From NCBI GenBank assembly GCA_963730185.1, contig CAVSQW010000007.1, positions 694,263-758,262 on the forward strand: a stretch of 64,000 nucleotides of DNA, written 5' to 3'. A program made the translations under genes and the position numbers. Each line of letters starts with the position of its first letter. Position 1 is the stretch's first letter. Positions 33,437 through 45,598 of this stretch are shown here, piece after piece. Origin of the DNA: an uncultured Gemmatimonadales bacterium. GTDB lineage: Bacteria > Gemmatimonadota > Gemmatimonadetes > Gemmatimonadales > GWC2-71-9. The notes below the pieces were generated by a model. The model did not search any database, was not told the origin of the DNA, and worked only from the letters and a program-made list of their open reading frames with translations.

Positions 33437-33894
33437 GTGTGTCATCTGTGTGTCATCTGTGTGTCATCTGTGTGTTATCCGTGTGTTATCTGTGTGTTAT
33501 CTGTGTGTTATCTGTGTGTTATCCGTGTGTTATCCGTGTGTTATCCGTGTGTTATCCGTGTGTTATCCGTGTGTTATCTGTGTGTCATCTGTGTGTCATC
33601 TGTGTGTCATCTGTGTGTCATCTGTGTGTCATCTGTGTGTCATCTGTGTGTCATCTGTGTGTCATCTGTGTGTCATCTGTGTGTCATCTGTGTGTCATCT
33701 GTGTGTCATCTGTGTGTCATCTGTGTGTCATCTGTGTGTCATCTGTGTGTCATCTGTGTGTCATCTGTGTGTCATCTGTGTGTCATCTGTGTGTCATCTG
33801 TGTGTCATCTGTGTGTCATCTGTGTGTCATCTGTGTGTCATCTGTGTGTCATCTGTGTGTCATCTGTGTGTCATCTGTGTGTCATCTGTGTGTC
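33437..33894. repeat. Tandem array of 41 full 11-bp units GTGTGT(C/T)ATC(T/C) plus a 7-bp partial unit
   Basis: Read directly; units 4-13 are the TTATC(T/C) variants, the rest are GTGTGTCATCT. Confidence 0.97.
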
Positions 33895-35428
33895 CGACAG
33901 CAGACCAATGGTCAAAAGAAGATACGACAGAAAAAGTTTCTAGGTTTAGAGGCAGGATAAACTAGCAAAAGGATATGACGAGGTCATCAGGAAGATGATT
34001 CTAGGACTAGCTAACATCTACCCTAGGTCAAACAAGATGCGGTAGTCTACCCTATCCAAATAATGTGCCATCACAGACAGTATTTCTTATAGATAATTCT
34101 GGACCTAGACACGAAAGAAAAGTAAAGAAGGTTCTTATGGATACAATACCATATATCCTGGCAAGCAGTGATAGACAATGCCGCCTTTCACATTAAACAG
34201 GATACCGGCAAAAGTGGTTTGAAAAGATTTGTCCATCCAAGAAATCATGTTGAAAAAACAAGCACGATCAATATTCATTAGAGCAACGACGGGATTTACA
34301 TAACTTAACCACGGCGCCTAAATAGGCATGACACAAGCCTGCCTTTTAAATAAGTTTATCCATATCAAGTATAGAAAGCAGTCAGTTCCACTTATTCTAT
34401 GGATAAAAGCGACACCAAGAGACATCAAAGCCTAATTAATTATCCATTTATATATGTCTATAATCAAACTGCTTATATAACATTAGGTCATCTTTCCGTT
34501 TAATATGAGACGAAACGGCGCAAACGAACATCAAACATCTCTACTTTAACTGTCTATCTTTAGTATACAGTACTGGTATAAATTTCTAAAAAGGATATAT
34601 TATTACCAGAATTTACATTTATCCATCCAAATATTACTAAAATTTATAAAAAATACTATGATAATGGCTAATTCACATCTCACAAGATCCGAACTAAAAT
34701 TCAGACCTGATTACTAAGCATCCTGATCAGATTATTTAGTTGATATGTCTATTTCTGACCGAATTAATGATATACTTTTATGTTGATTTTGACTTTAAGA
34801 GGATGTTTTCTTCTAATTGGTCATTGTTGGATGTTCTAGATAGCCAAATTCATTAGTCATTAATATTATAATCGATCCATTGTCCAGATTCTTTAGCATC
34901 AAGCAAATTACCTGCCTCTTTGTTTATTTAGTCAGCAGGAAATTGTATCATGATAGATGGAAAAAGGTAATTCATCATGATGATCCAAAATAATTAACAA
35001 AAGATCAAGGCATCTAAGCGAACACGATTAGTTTACATGAAAGTATACCAATTCTTTACACGACTGTTAACAAAGACACCAAAGAAGATGCTCACGTAGA
35101 TTATGAGAGGGGATTGTTGAATCATTATTGCTTCCCTACCTTCTTCCTAAGACAAACTAAGAACGCTTATTTTGGAGTAGTAAATGAGCAGATTTTAGAA
35201 ATCGCAAGGAATCCGCCTGACAGAGATTTATTATGATTCACTTAGAAAAGAGTTTAATTAAAATTGATTTTAATATGAACAGGTATTATTGTCGCAAAAT
35301 CTGATACAAATTGAAACTATCTCCGTTATTTTGAGTCTAATAGTTATTGCAAATTTTGCTGGATCATTCATTTCGTCATTATTTCCTAACTTATCGAACC
35401 TTACCAAAAACAGAAAAGAAGAAGGCAA

Positions 35429-35469
35429 TTCGAGCTCGCAGATCCCGGGTTCAAATCCCTACTAGAGCA
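35429..35469 (+). pseudogene. 3' half of a tRNA (probably Glu-TTC), att-site-like relic
   Basis: TTCGA-GCTCG...CCGGGTTCAAATCCC..CTAGAGCA begins at the anticodon loop; no 5' half upstream. Confidence 0.6.
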
Positions 35470-37264
35470 TTGGTGATTTTTAAAGATAATTCAAATATTA
35501 ATTCATGTATTTTCAAAGATAAATTTGTAAATTTGATTACCGATATGAAAAATCCCTATCCTACCAATTGCTGGATAGTAATATGTACAAAGGCACTAGA
35601 CCATAATAGGAATCAAATACCACTATATTAAATACAGTGAGATAATCAACAACTAGAAATAAATCATGTCAATTGTCCTGGATTAATGGTCGAACAGCAT
35701 CTTGATGCTTTATGTCATTTTTGTCTATGTTTTAAATTCGCAAGTTGAATTTCCAACTTTCCTATTTGAGAATTTAATTGGCTGATTTGTTCTTTAAGAT
35801 CTTGTTTCAATCTAAACATTTTTAACTCATTATGGATGTCCGCTTTCTTATACTCCAATGAAAATTTATCAGGTTCAATTAATGGCATGGCGGCAGCCTT
35901 TTCAAATATTGATAATCTCTGGTTAAGTTTCTTGTGGACTCATTCGCTTGCACATCTTTTCCTACAATTTTAGATGTCAATTCTATATCAGCCCCGTTGA
36001 TCTTATTAACAAAATCATGGATTGCATCATTATAGGTTGACTCAGACATCATTGATATTATCAAAAATGACCCGTGTAAGGTTTTTCACGATATTCAAAT
36101 TTTGATACAATTTCTAATTGATATTTTAATACTCTAAAATACTATTACTGATTCTAATACAAATTCAGGATACAAATACTTTACATATATTGCAAACAAA
36201 TTCAAATCTCTAGAAATGGAATTTGATTATTACTTGATTGCGACTTCACCAAAACTACACTAGTTGTTACGGAGGGAATCCTATTTTTATTTGCCTTGAA
36301 CTGACGAATTCTAAAAACTCATATGGATTAATCAAATCATTTCTTTCTCTAATCTCGTCTGTCTAGCTAGGGAAACCTTAAATTCAATAAGCTCTGGAGT
36401 CGTAAACATAGATAACAAAACATGATTGTCCATTGGTTCCCTGTTGATCTGAATCTCTTAGCGTCTATTGTTTCTACCAGATTCCCTCCCTCTTCATGAT
36501 GGATAATTGAATTCCCAGATGTGCAAAGTTGAAATTTCCGAAGGGTAGTTTTGAAGTAAGGTATTTACAGTCTTCTGCAAGTCTTATCCTTGATTCCCTT
36601 TCAGATATCATATCAAAAGTTATTAAATTCCTAGGTATAATTTGGTTTGAAATATCTTTTCAATAATAATTCTAAATAGAATTTGTAAGTGACAAAGTGA
36701 CGGCGGATCTTTACTCAATTACAGCCCAGATGGATCTTAACCGACAATTCAATAGGCAGAAAAATTGTCATGGAGTTAAAATGTTTCGACTATATTTTTT
36801 GATGCGTTTGGTTTACCGATAATGGCGACTTTTCAAGAGATGGACTCTGAAAAGAATTGAGATCATGAGGGCATCGCAATCCTACGATAAACATTCTGAT
36901 CAAAAGAAATGCGTTATCATAGCATATGATGAGGATAACATCAAGGGCAGTCATTATTAGGATCTACGCAAGTTGTTCATGTATATCAAAACATCTAGGA
37001 TGACAATAATCATATGCTCAAGTTTTAACATGGGGTTTTTTACTTTTCACTAGACAGTCTAAACCGATCCACAAAACTGTTTAACCTCTAGTCTTTCTGG
37101 ATATAATTTGAAAGGTCTACTAGCTTGGAGTTCATCTATCTCCTAATTAAGATAACATTAGAAATTTATGGTGATCCAATCTACCAAGTAATAACCCCAT
37201 GTCATGAAGTTTTTTAAACAAATATTTTATTACATATTTGTCCCTTGATAAGAGTATATGAACA

Positions 37265-37542
37265 CTATTGTTCATATATGTTAAGACCAGTGTTCTCACT
37301 GGAAGTCAGATCACCAGAATTACAAGAATTTATGATAGTAGCATTTGGTGGTACATAACAATATGAACCCTGCATAGAACTTTGTGAACTACTTATAGAT
37401 TGATCTTCACCAGTATCACTGCCACTAACATCGAATTCCACATATGCGTACATTAAATTAGCGGGATAATTGAAAATGAAATCACCAGAAATATAGCGAG
37501 GAATAATAAGCGAATCTGGTTCTTAGAGTTAATAATACTCAT
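37265..37542 (-). CDS. Small secreted single-repeat paralogue of the Gln/Asn repeat protein; one frameshift after the signal peptide
   Basis: MSIINSKNQIRLLFLAIFLVISFSII then QSISSSQSSMQGSYC...SCNSGDLTSSENTGLNIYEQ in register with the 48-aa repeat. Confidence 0.65.
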
Positions 37543-38499
37543 TAAATATATTATTGCTAAGTGCTATATCGCGATTATGTTACATTAAACTGAATTTGTT
37601 TTACAATAATTTGTTACTGAGATAAGGTAGATAATCTCCGAAGGTTTATCTTTCTAGAAATCCAGGATCAACGCCAACACATACAAAACATATGTTGCTA
37701 AATCTTGTCGTCATGACTACTCCTGTCATAAATATGAAAAAATAATAAACCCTTATGCATTGGTAATATTTTTTTATAAACTCCTTGGCCCTAAGAAATT
37801 CAATCTTTTGGGAAAAAGAATAGAAAACTATCCTTGATATATTGTCTCTCGCCTTTAAAGTACTTCAACATTCAGCAATATTCAAGATTTAGTATGATTA
37901 CAATGAAGTGTATTACTCCACTCAACCTCTTGTCCATAATTTACTTTCCGCTGGACAAAAGTGAAAATGAAAATGAAATAATATTGTATTTATTCAGAAG
38001 CAGTTCCATTATCTGCCGTAGTGGAATTAGCAGATGAGTAACTACTCAAAACAGTATAAGAACTTGACTGATATACAGGAGCATCATAAATAGGTTGACC
38101 GTAGGTATCAGTTGGTATAGAATAATTATCTAATGATGTCAATAACAATAGTATAAGTATCAAGGTAGGAATCATAGTCAAAGAACAAAAAGTCCTTAAT
38201 TTCATATTATGGATGCCACGATGATCCTTTAAAAATTTATTGTGGGGATCAAACCTTCGAATCAAACTCAAAAGGGGCTCTTAAACCACCAAAGATTAAA
38301 AGGTAGAATATCGACAGGCGACACAACAATCAAAATCATCAAAAATTATTAAAACTTCGAGGCCTGGACTGAGTCATATTTCTTCTTTTTGTGATTTCAA
38401 AATCAAAAATCAAAATCAAAAACCAGTAAATGCTTTTCAATCATTCTCGTTTTTATCATAAACTGGTTAATATATTCGGGGACTAGGATTTTCCATATT

Positions 38500-38989
38500 C
38501 TTTGAACGAAACCAGTTCGTGCATTGTCAACCTATTCTTCTTTTGTTTTTCCATCAATTTTCTTTCTTGGATATCCAATCCCACTACGATTACAGGTTTA
38601 TAATCAATTGGAATAGAGAAATCCTTTCTTAACAACGGACCCCTTATCCCTGTAAATAGAGCAGAACCGACACCGTAGTTCCATGCAGCAACTGGAATCC
38701 GGGACTACTTTGCCAGCATCTATTAGGTGAAATCGAAATAAGGATTAGTCAAAACAATTATTGCGAAATTAGCCCCGGAAATCCATTTTCCACTAGTGCT
38801 ATCATTGGATAATTTCATCAGATTATCCTTATTCTGTATGATTATAAATCTCCAGGGTTGAGTATTTAGAGAACTACCAGTCAGCCTAGTCATTCCAAAA
38901 TTTTTAACCTAATCTCTGAGGATACACTATTTTCATCACTATATTCTCTAACCTCGAGTTTGGTTACTTATACAATCATAAGCATCCAT
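38500..38989 (-). pseudogene. Nitroreductase family, frameshifted; end approximate
   Basis: MDAYDCI..KLEVREY, RLTGSSLNTQPWRFIII. Confidence 0.7.
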
Positions 38990-39485
38990 GTTATAACATT
39001 TATAACTGATTATATTAATCATTTCAGATAATTCTACGAGATTAAAATTTATGGAATATTTACATTCAATTAAAGTGAAGAGATGAATCGAAGGTTTTCA
39101 ATTAACATTAATCAGAATTAATTACTTTTAGATACAATTTGATTTGAGTTCTTATCAAATTCGATTTGTCTAGGAAGTTGAAATTAGGCTGACGTGAAAA
39201 TGACTGTTTTTATCGACTTTAAATAGATTTTCTCTATTTTATCAGCAAACAATCCTGTTTGCTTAAGAGAACTCGAATACTAATTCTCGTTCTGACTTTT
39301 TACATCCGACAAAAAATGTTAGATACACTACAGAGTTTAAATATTCATTAATTTTGGCCTTTTCGTCTGAGGATTGCTCCGTCAAAATATTATCTGAGAA
39401 ATGAAACAAATGAATCACAAAAGTCAAGCTGAAATAATCTCCCTCGCTTCATTGGAGTAAGGGAAATACAAAGCCCAAAGCGTAT

Positions 39486-40186
39486 TCACATAACATAAAA
39501 TGATGAAACACATGGCTTGATTTTATGGGTCCTGTTTATAATGAGGATTTGCCCATTCAATAAAAGGCTGGCATAGTTTAAGGAGCGAGTATCCTCAAGA
39601 TAATTTGGAAGAATCTTGATAAAATCAAATCCATTAATAAGATTCAAACTTAACACGAGGTCGTGTAATTTACAGTCTGCAACTTTAAGAGCATATTCTA
39701 ATGGCGTTAATTTCTCAGAGTGTTCACAGTAGTTATATAGTCTACCACCTCCAATCATTCTTTTCAAATTCATTCCCATTGCAATATCCTTTCTCCCTTG
39801 ATACAACTTGTGACCTATTCCTCTATGTCTAACTCGAGGGTGTGTGGATATATCTGCTCCATAAAGAGTATCACCAGCCGGAAAATGTGTTGTAAGCATT
39901 CCATTCCCCGTAATACTCTCCCAAGTGTGGTCTGCATAAATAGGATTTAACTGAACAATTAGACTTGTAGCTCATCCTACAATCTTTTTATCAGTCGGAG
40001 TGCAAGAAGCTCACCCCCTGGGAATATTTCCATGTGGCTCTTTAATTCGTCTGGATGCCAAATATTACCAATCTTTGCTAAATCAGCAAAAGATTCTTCC
40101 TGCAACTTTACAATTTCTGGAATATCAGTGACAGTAGTGGGCCTAATAAGCACTGAATCCGAATCTAGGACATAAAATGAACTCAT
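39486..40186 (-). CDS. GNAT acetyltransferase, frameshifted
   Basis: GDTLYGADISTHPRVRHRGIGHKLY, GGRLYNY, PNYLEDTRSLNYA. Confidence 0.78.
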
Positions 40187-40646
40187 TAATTCACTAAGGA
40201 TTACCCTAATGATTTAAATTTTTTTTCTATTTTTAAATGGGATATAGGATTATCGTATAACCACCTGCAAATTCTGGATTGATCGACAAGTAACAAACTA
40301 CTAGATTGTCATACTCAGAGATTAGATAAATTAGAAATATTGAGAAAAAGTGCATCGGTATCAAATTTTGGCGTTACTACAAAAGTAAATTCAAATTCAA
40401 ATTCTTATGACAAGTGAAGAATCAATGAAATCAGAACCTTCCTACCGTATTGGGATGACTACTATGATAATTAACTACCGTGTTAATCATAGCAGTTGCT
40501 TAGCAAACAGGTGAAAAACACCATGCCATAACTCACTCATCCATCTTCTAATTTGATAACAACAAAAATGTTGGAACGAATTCAGGAGTGACATGAAACT
40601 TCAATCCTATGAGTAAAAGCATCTCTAAGATGATCTATTAGTAGTA

Positions 40647-41179
40647 AGTTAAGTGTCTAATTCTTCATCAATATACTGCATTCATTCACTGCAATTATAG
40701 AAATGAATTTAGCTTTGTATTGCGTCTACTAACAAGTGCCATATCATTCACTCAGACTGGAATTATCCAAGGTACAGAAAAAGGAACTGGTTTTGTTCAT
40801 GAAGCGTACACATGATAAGGAAGAGTACAGAAGGGCATACGCTATAAAACAAAAGATGGAAGGAGTACCATACAGGACCATAGCAAAGGACATTGGTGTC
40901 AATTACCGTAATGTGTAGATGACTGGATAAACAACTACAGAAAATTTGGTCTGGATGGCATAAGAAACAAAAGAAAAAATGGTGGTAGAAGACCGGTGAT
41001 ATCTTCTGCTAAAAACAAAGAGATGATAAAAGACATTGTACTTAACAAATCACCCAAAACATTTGGCTATCTAAAAAATACATGGAGTATAAGACTCTTA
41101 GCTACCCATCTTACCTCACTTTTAGGAATCAATGTTAGCCCCAAACAAACATGGAGGATTATCCATGAACTTGGTATAG
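40647..41179 (+). mobile_element. 5' remnant of IS630-family element
   Basis: Left end TA-AGTTAAGTGTC resembles ends of the 44444 element; HTH ORFs with PKTFGY..TWSIRLL; cut at 41180. Confidence 0.75.
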
Positions 41180-41358
41180 TAGATCTCTTGCGTAATTAGC
41201 ACAGGTTAGCATGATCTTTTAGCCATTATCTATTTCTATAACTAACAGGTATTCATTATTCTGTAGTTTACCAGTCCAGATACTATATCTGATATCCTGT
41301 CGTACTTTCTCAACCTGTTTCTAAAGACATCGTTCATTATCCTGACGATATGAAAATC

Positions 41359-41511
41359 TTGTAGTATCCTACAATATTGTATGTTGGCTATAGGTTCGAA
41401 AGGTACATGCTCCGTACGAGAGCGAGATCCTGACTGAACCAGTATCCTAAGCGGCTATCAAACTACCCCATATAGAGGGTGAATGGATGTTTGCCGCCTG
41501 TATAGCCAACA
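41359..41511 (+). ncRNA. Predicted bridge RNA of the IS110 element
   Basis: 5' hairpin TTGTAG/CTACAA, 11-bp closing stem, two stem-internal-loop arms holding target- and donor-matching segments. Confidence 0.78.
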
Positions 41512-41526
41512 AATAAAAAAAAGGAA

Positions 41527-42616
41527 ATGAGAAAAAAGATGAATCATCTTGGAATAGATGTAGGAAAAAGAAAATGTAGAGCAGTGCTTAAAGACGATAA
41601 AGGAAAGATATTAGACGAATTCTTTTTTGGTAATGATGCAATCGGGATAGGTAATCTACTTTCAAAGATATCATCAAATGAAATCTGTGCTACTCAAGCA
41701 GTATTAGAGTCTACAGGCAACATGTGGATGAGAATCCATGATACATTAGAAGATAATGGAATAGATACAATACTAGCCAATCCATACAAGACAAGAATAA
41801 TAGCAGAAGCTAAGAATAAAATCAGATAAACTGGATGCTCGGATATTATCTGATCTGTTGAGAACAGACTTGATATACGAGTCATATGTACCAACAAAAG
41901 AAGATAGAGACAAAAGAAGCCTTGTTAGACACAGAATAACACTATCAAGAACCAAGACAAGGCTGGTAAACAAGGTACACTCTATCCTTGACAAATATGA
42001 TTACAGGACTAATATGACTGATATATTCGGTGTTTCAGGAGTAGAATGGTTAAAATCACTGCTTTCAAAGGTTAGTCCAGTAGACAGGATAATTCTGAGC
42101 ACGTCAATAGAATCTATCCAAACAATTAACCACCAGATAGATATGGTATCAAAAGAGATATCAAAGTATGCATCCAGGGATAGCACGGATGTAAAGCTCC
42201 TTTTGAGTATAACAGGAATTGACATATTTGCTGCCATGCTCATATCCTCAGAAATAGTTGATGTGAGACGATTTTTCACACCATGGAAACTGGTAAGCTA
42301 TGCTGCAGGACTGGCTCCTTCCACTAGAGAATCAGCTGGAAAAATGATAACAGGGAGAATAACTAAACAGGGGTCGCCTTGGCTAAGGTGGATACTACTC
42401 CAGTGTGCACTTGTAGCAGTAAAACATGATAACCGTCTTGGTTTGTTCTATACCCGAATAAAGAACAAGAAGGGACATGGTAAAGCCATAGTTATGGCAA
42501 CCGCCAAAGAACTACTGGTAATCATATGGTACATGCTGACTAGAAACCAACTCTATAGAAACATGAACAAGCAGAGATATGAAAAGAAGTTACGGAAATT
42601 AGAACGACTTCAATAA
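41527..42616 (+). CDS. IS110 recombinase (DEDD RuvC-like plus Tnp domain); one frameshift near 41815
   Basis: GIDVG, LESTG, KSDKLDA across the shift, GLAPSTRESAG, ITKQGSPWLR. Confidence 0.92.
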
Positions 42617-43814
42617 TAAATGCAATTGCTGGCTCACTCTACGTACCATCCATGTAGCGATAGCTATGCTTAGAAAAAATTATTAGAACCAAAAGCGTAA
42701 ACATTTTAGGCTAAACGGGATACCAAAGGAAGCCAACTTATGAGATGATTTTCATGGATGTACTTTTTTATCCTGCAGATAGCATGTTCTATTACTATTC
42801 TTTTTGCAGAATGATTTCTGTTGTACTCTTTTTGCTCTTTAGTTAATTCACAATCTTTTTCCTTTTTGATTGGCAATGATGACCGTTGTTCTGGATAGTC
42901 ACCTTCTATTCCAGAAATCCAAGGTCATACATACCCATTACATCCTTTGGTATTTCAGCAGGATGATTATCCTTATAGACTTTGTAATCATGTTTCTTTA
43001 CCTATTTGTCTGTGCTTTGTTTTGTAGATTATCAGTCCCTTTTGGTTTACTGTATATAGGTTCTTTACAGTGTGTTTCTTTTTCTTTCCTTCAGAATAGT
43101 ATAGTCTTCTTCTCAACCTGTTCTTAGGTCTTGGTATTGGCTGTTCTGTACAGTCTGTAAATCATAAAGCCAGGGAAATACTGTTCAACCTCTTCTTTGG
43201 TTTTTAGTCTCTTGGTTACCTTATACAGTTTCTGAGGAATGGGTAAGCATGTCTTGATCAAGGATTCTATCTTTTCAATATCCCTGCATACATTACTCTG
43301 GTCCAAACCGAAGAGAAATTCCATCAGGGTATAGGTTATGTACAGACGATAGTATACCAGTACCATGACAACCCTATCTTTGGGAACCAGTTTGAAATGT
43401 CTCCCTGCACCAACGGCTCGTTCTCTTTTATTTCTTCGGGTGGATGAAAGACGCTTTATTTCGTACTTTGCATACTTTGATTCTATTACTTTAAAAACAT
43501 CATCAAACTGTTGGACCGAAAGACCTGTAAATGATTTGAATAAACGTGGTTTTCTTGATAACCTCTTATAACTTAGCAAAAAGAAAGGACATGTTCACAT
43601 GCGATAAACAGAAATAAAGCTGTTTTGCCTAATTACGCAAGAGATCTAATGATAACTTTTTTCTAAAAGCATTAATCATTTTGATAATTCTTTCATCCAT
43701 TGAAATCTAACTAAACTAATGGTTAAACTAGGATGCAAAGTAGTTAATTTTTTTAGGTTTACTCATAAATCAGCAATTAGTTCAAACTATCTTAAAAAAA
43801 TATAAAATAAAAAA

Positions 43815-44009
43815 TCAGGTAGTTTTTATTAATTTTCTAAAGTTCTCCTTATCTTTCCCGACCCGTTCATTAAATGTCTCTTCTGTATATCCGTGAACTT
43901 CTATACCGTGTTTCTTTGCATTTTCAATCAATTCTTCTTCTGTTTCACCATACATCGTATGAGTACAAACAGGATCACCTGCATCTTTACAGTTTAAACT
44001 TAATGTCAT
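43815..44009 (-). CDS. DUF1059 family small protein
   Basis: LNCKDAGDPVC...GETEEELI...HGIEVHG. Confidence 0.8.
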   Translation of the reverse strand: MTLSLNCKDAGDPVCTHTMYGETEEELIENAKKHGIEVHGYTEETFNERVGKDKENFRKLIKTT

Positions 44010-44443
44010 GATAAATGGACATTGTGTAGCATAATAAAGTTATCCTAAATATTCTCAAATGCTGAAATAAGCAATTATTAATAAATAAGTACAAGCAATT
44101 GTCTTCCCAAATTACAGATTCGTATGAAATTTCATATTCGTTCCACCGAAAGTGCGTTGATAGTATCTACAAGAAACCAAAATCATCATTATCTATTATA
44201 AACCCATAACTGCCTGACATGTAAACAAATCCCATCTCCTCCATTGTATTCATGTCAAAATGAGCAGGATTGAACAAATAATTATAATGACAATAATAAA
44301 AAAGGTAATTCATCAAAAGTTTTCTAGTAATATATATCAATTACCTTAATAATAGTATTGAATGAAAACAATTATTTTTGCAGTAACTGAAATGAATTAT
44401 TCAAATGTAAAGATAATATATAAAAAGTCTTATTATAAACATA

Positions 44444-45598
44444 AGTGAAGTGACTTGATTCTTGTCATATTTAATTTACAACATAGTCTACATTGTTGTA
44501 TAGACAAAGCTTAATGGAAGCAGGATACCTCCATTTTGTGAATCACCCTTCCACTGTTAGCCTTACCATACAGCAGAAGAAAACGTTAAACTCATTGGTG
44601 AAGTCTACCAGTAAGAAAGATGAGTATCGCAAGTATTTGGCTGTACTACGAAAAAGTGAGGGAAGAACCTATCTAGAGATATCAAAGGAGTATGAAATTA
44701 GCAGAGCAGATCGGTACAAAGATGGATTGCTGCCTATATCAAGAAAGGAATAGATGGACTAAAAAACAAGAAACCAGGTGGAGCAAAATCCAGGATAACT
44801 GATGAGGATAAAGAGATTATTCTTTCAGTGTTATTTAACGACCCTCACATCTTTGGCTATTTAAGAAACACATGGAGTTTAAGATCTTGCAAGATGTCTT
44901 ACAGATGAGCTTGGAATCCAAATCAGCTTTAGACATCTGCAGCGAATAACCAGGGATATGGGTATCAGATGTAAGAGACCTAAATTGGAACTGTTACATG
45001 GACCCGATTATGAAGAAGGGAAAGCAAGAGTAAAAAGATACAAGCAGATAGCATCAGCTTTGAAAAAAAAGAGTGATGTTAGCATTTGAAGATGAAACTA
45101 CTATAACGCAGAAACCATGTATAAGAAAGTCTATGTTCTTTGAAGGAGGCGAACAACAAAAGATTGAGCATACAGGGACTAGAAAGAAGTTCTCTCTGTC
45201 TACATATCCGCGTTATGGCCGGATCAAAGATTAATATATGATTTTTATGATAAAATGAACTCCACCAATACCATAGACCATCTTGAAAACATCAAAAAGT
45301 ATATCACAAAAAATTGCTGGAAAAGACTGATAATCATCTGGGATAATGCTTCATTTCACACAAGCAAAATGACAACGGAGTATATTAAAGAACAGAAACA
45401 TTGGCTTACCATAGTCCATCTTCCAAAGAAAGCTCCTTATCTGAATCCAAATGAAAGAAAGATAAACCAGCAAATAAAATCAGATGTATGTGCTAATCGA
45501 TTTTACACCAGTATAGAGGAACAGAAAGATGCGGTATCAAATTATCTGGAAAATAGATTTAGAACATGGAATAACGACAGGCACTACGACACTTGACT
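44444..45598 (+). mobile_element. IS630-family element, copy 1, transposase fragmented
   Basis: Ends AGTGAAGTGAC / GACACTTGACT, left TA; FEDE, WDNASFH, PYLNPNE; A8 run near 45063. Confidence 0.9.

Larger units (their letters stand above)
41345..42760 (+). mobile_element. IS110-family element with 2-bp core (TG/CA) at both junctions and 9-bp subterminal IRs
   Basis: Removing it restores the host transposase frame; ATGAAAATC 41350-58 / GATTTTCAT 42747-55. Confidence 0.9.
41180..43648 (-). mobile_element. IS5-superfamily (DDE_Tnp_4/ISL2-like) element interrupted by IS110
   Basis: Perfect 20-bp IR TAGATCTCTTGCGTAATTAG (41180-99) / CTAATTACGCAAGAGATCTA (43629-48); ORF FKSFTGLS...LDQSNVCR, then RIVIEHAICRIKKY|RIMNDVFRNRLRKY continuing across the insert. 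Confidence 0.88.

Noticed and set aside
33437..33894. CRISPR array
   Set aside because: No spacers, unit too short, no cas genes in window
33437..33965. Cys-rich ORFs (VCHLCVICVSS)n as a metallothionein-like protein
   Set aside because: All three plus frames are open only because the 11-bp unit has no stop codon; period is not a multiple of 3 and there is no convincing start
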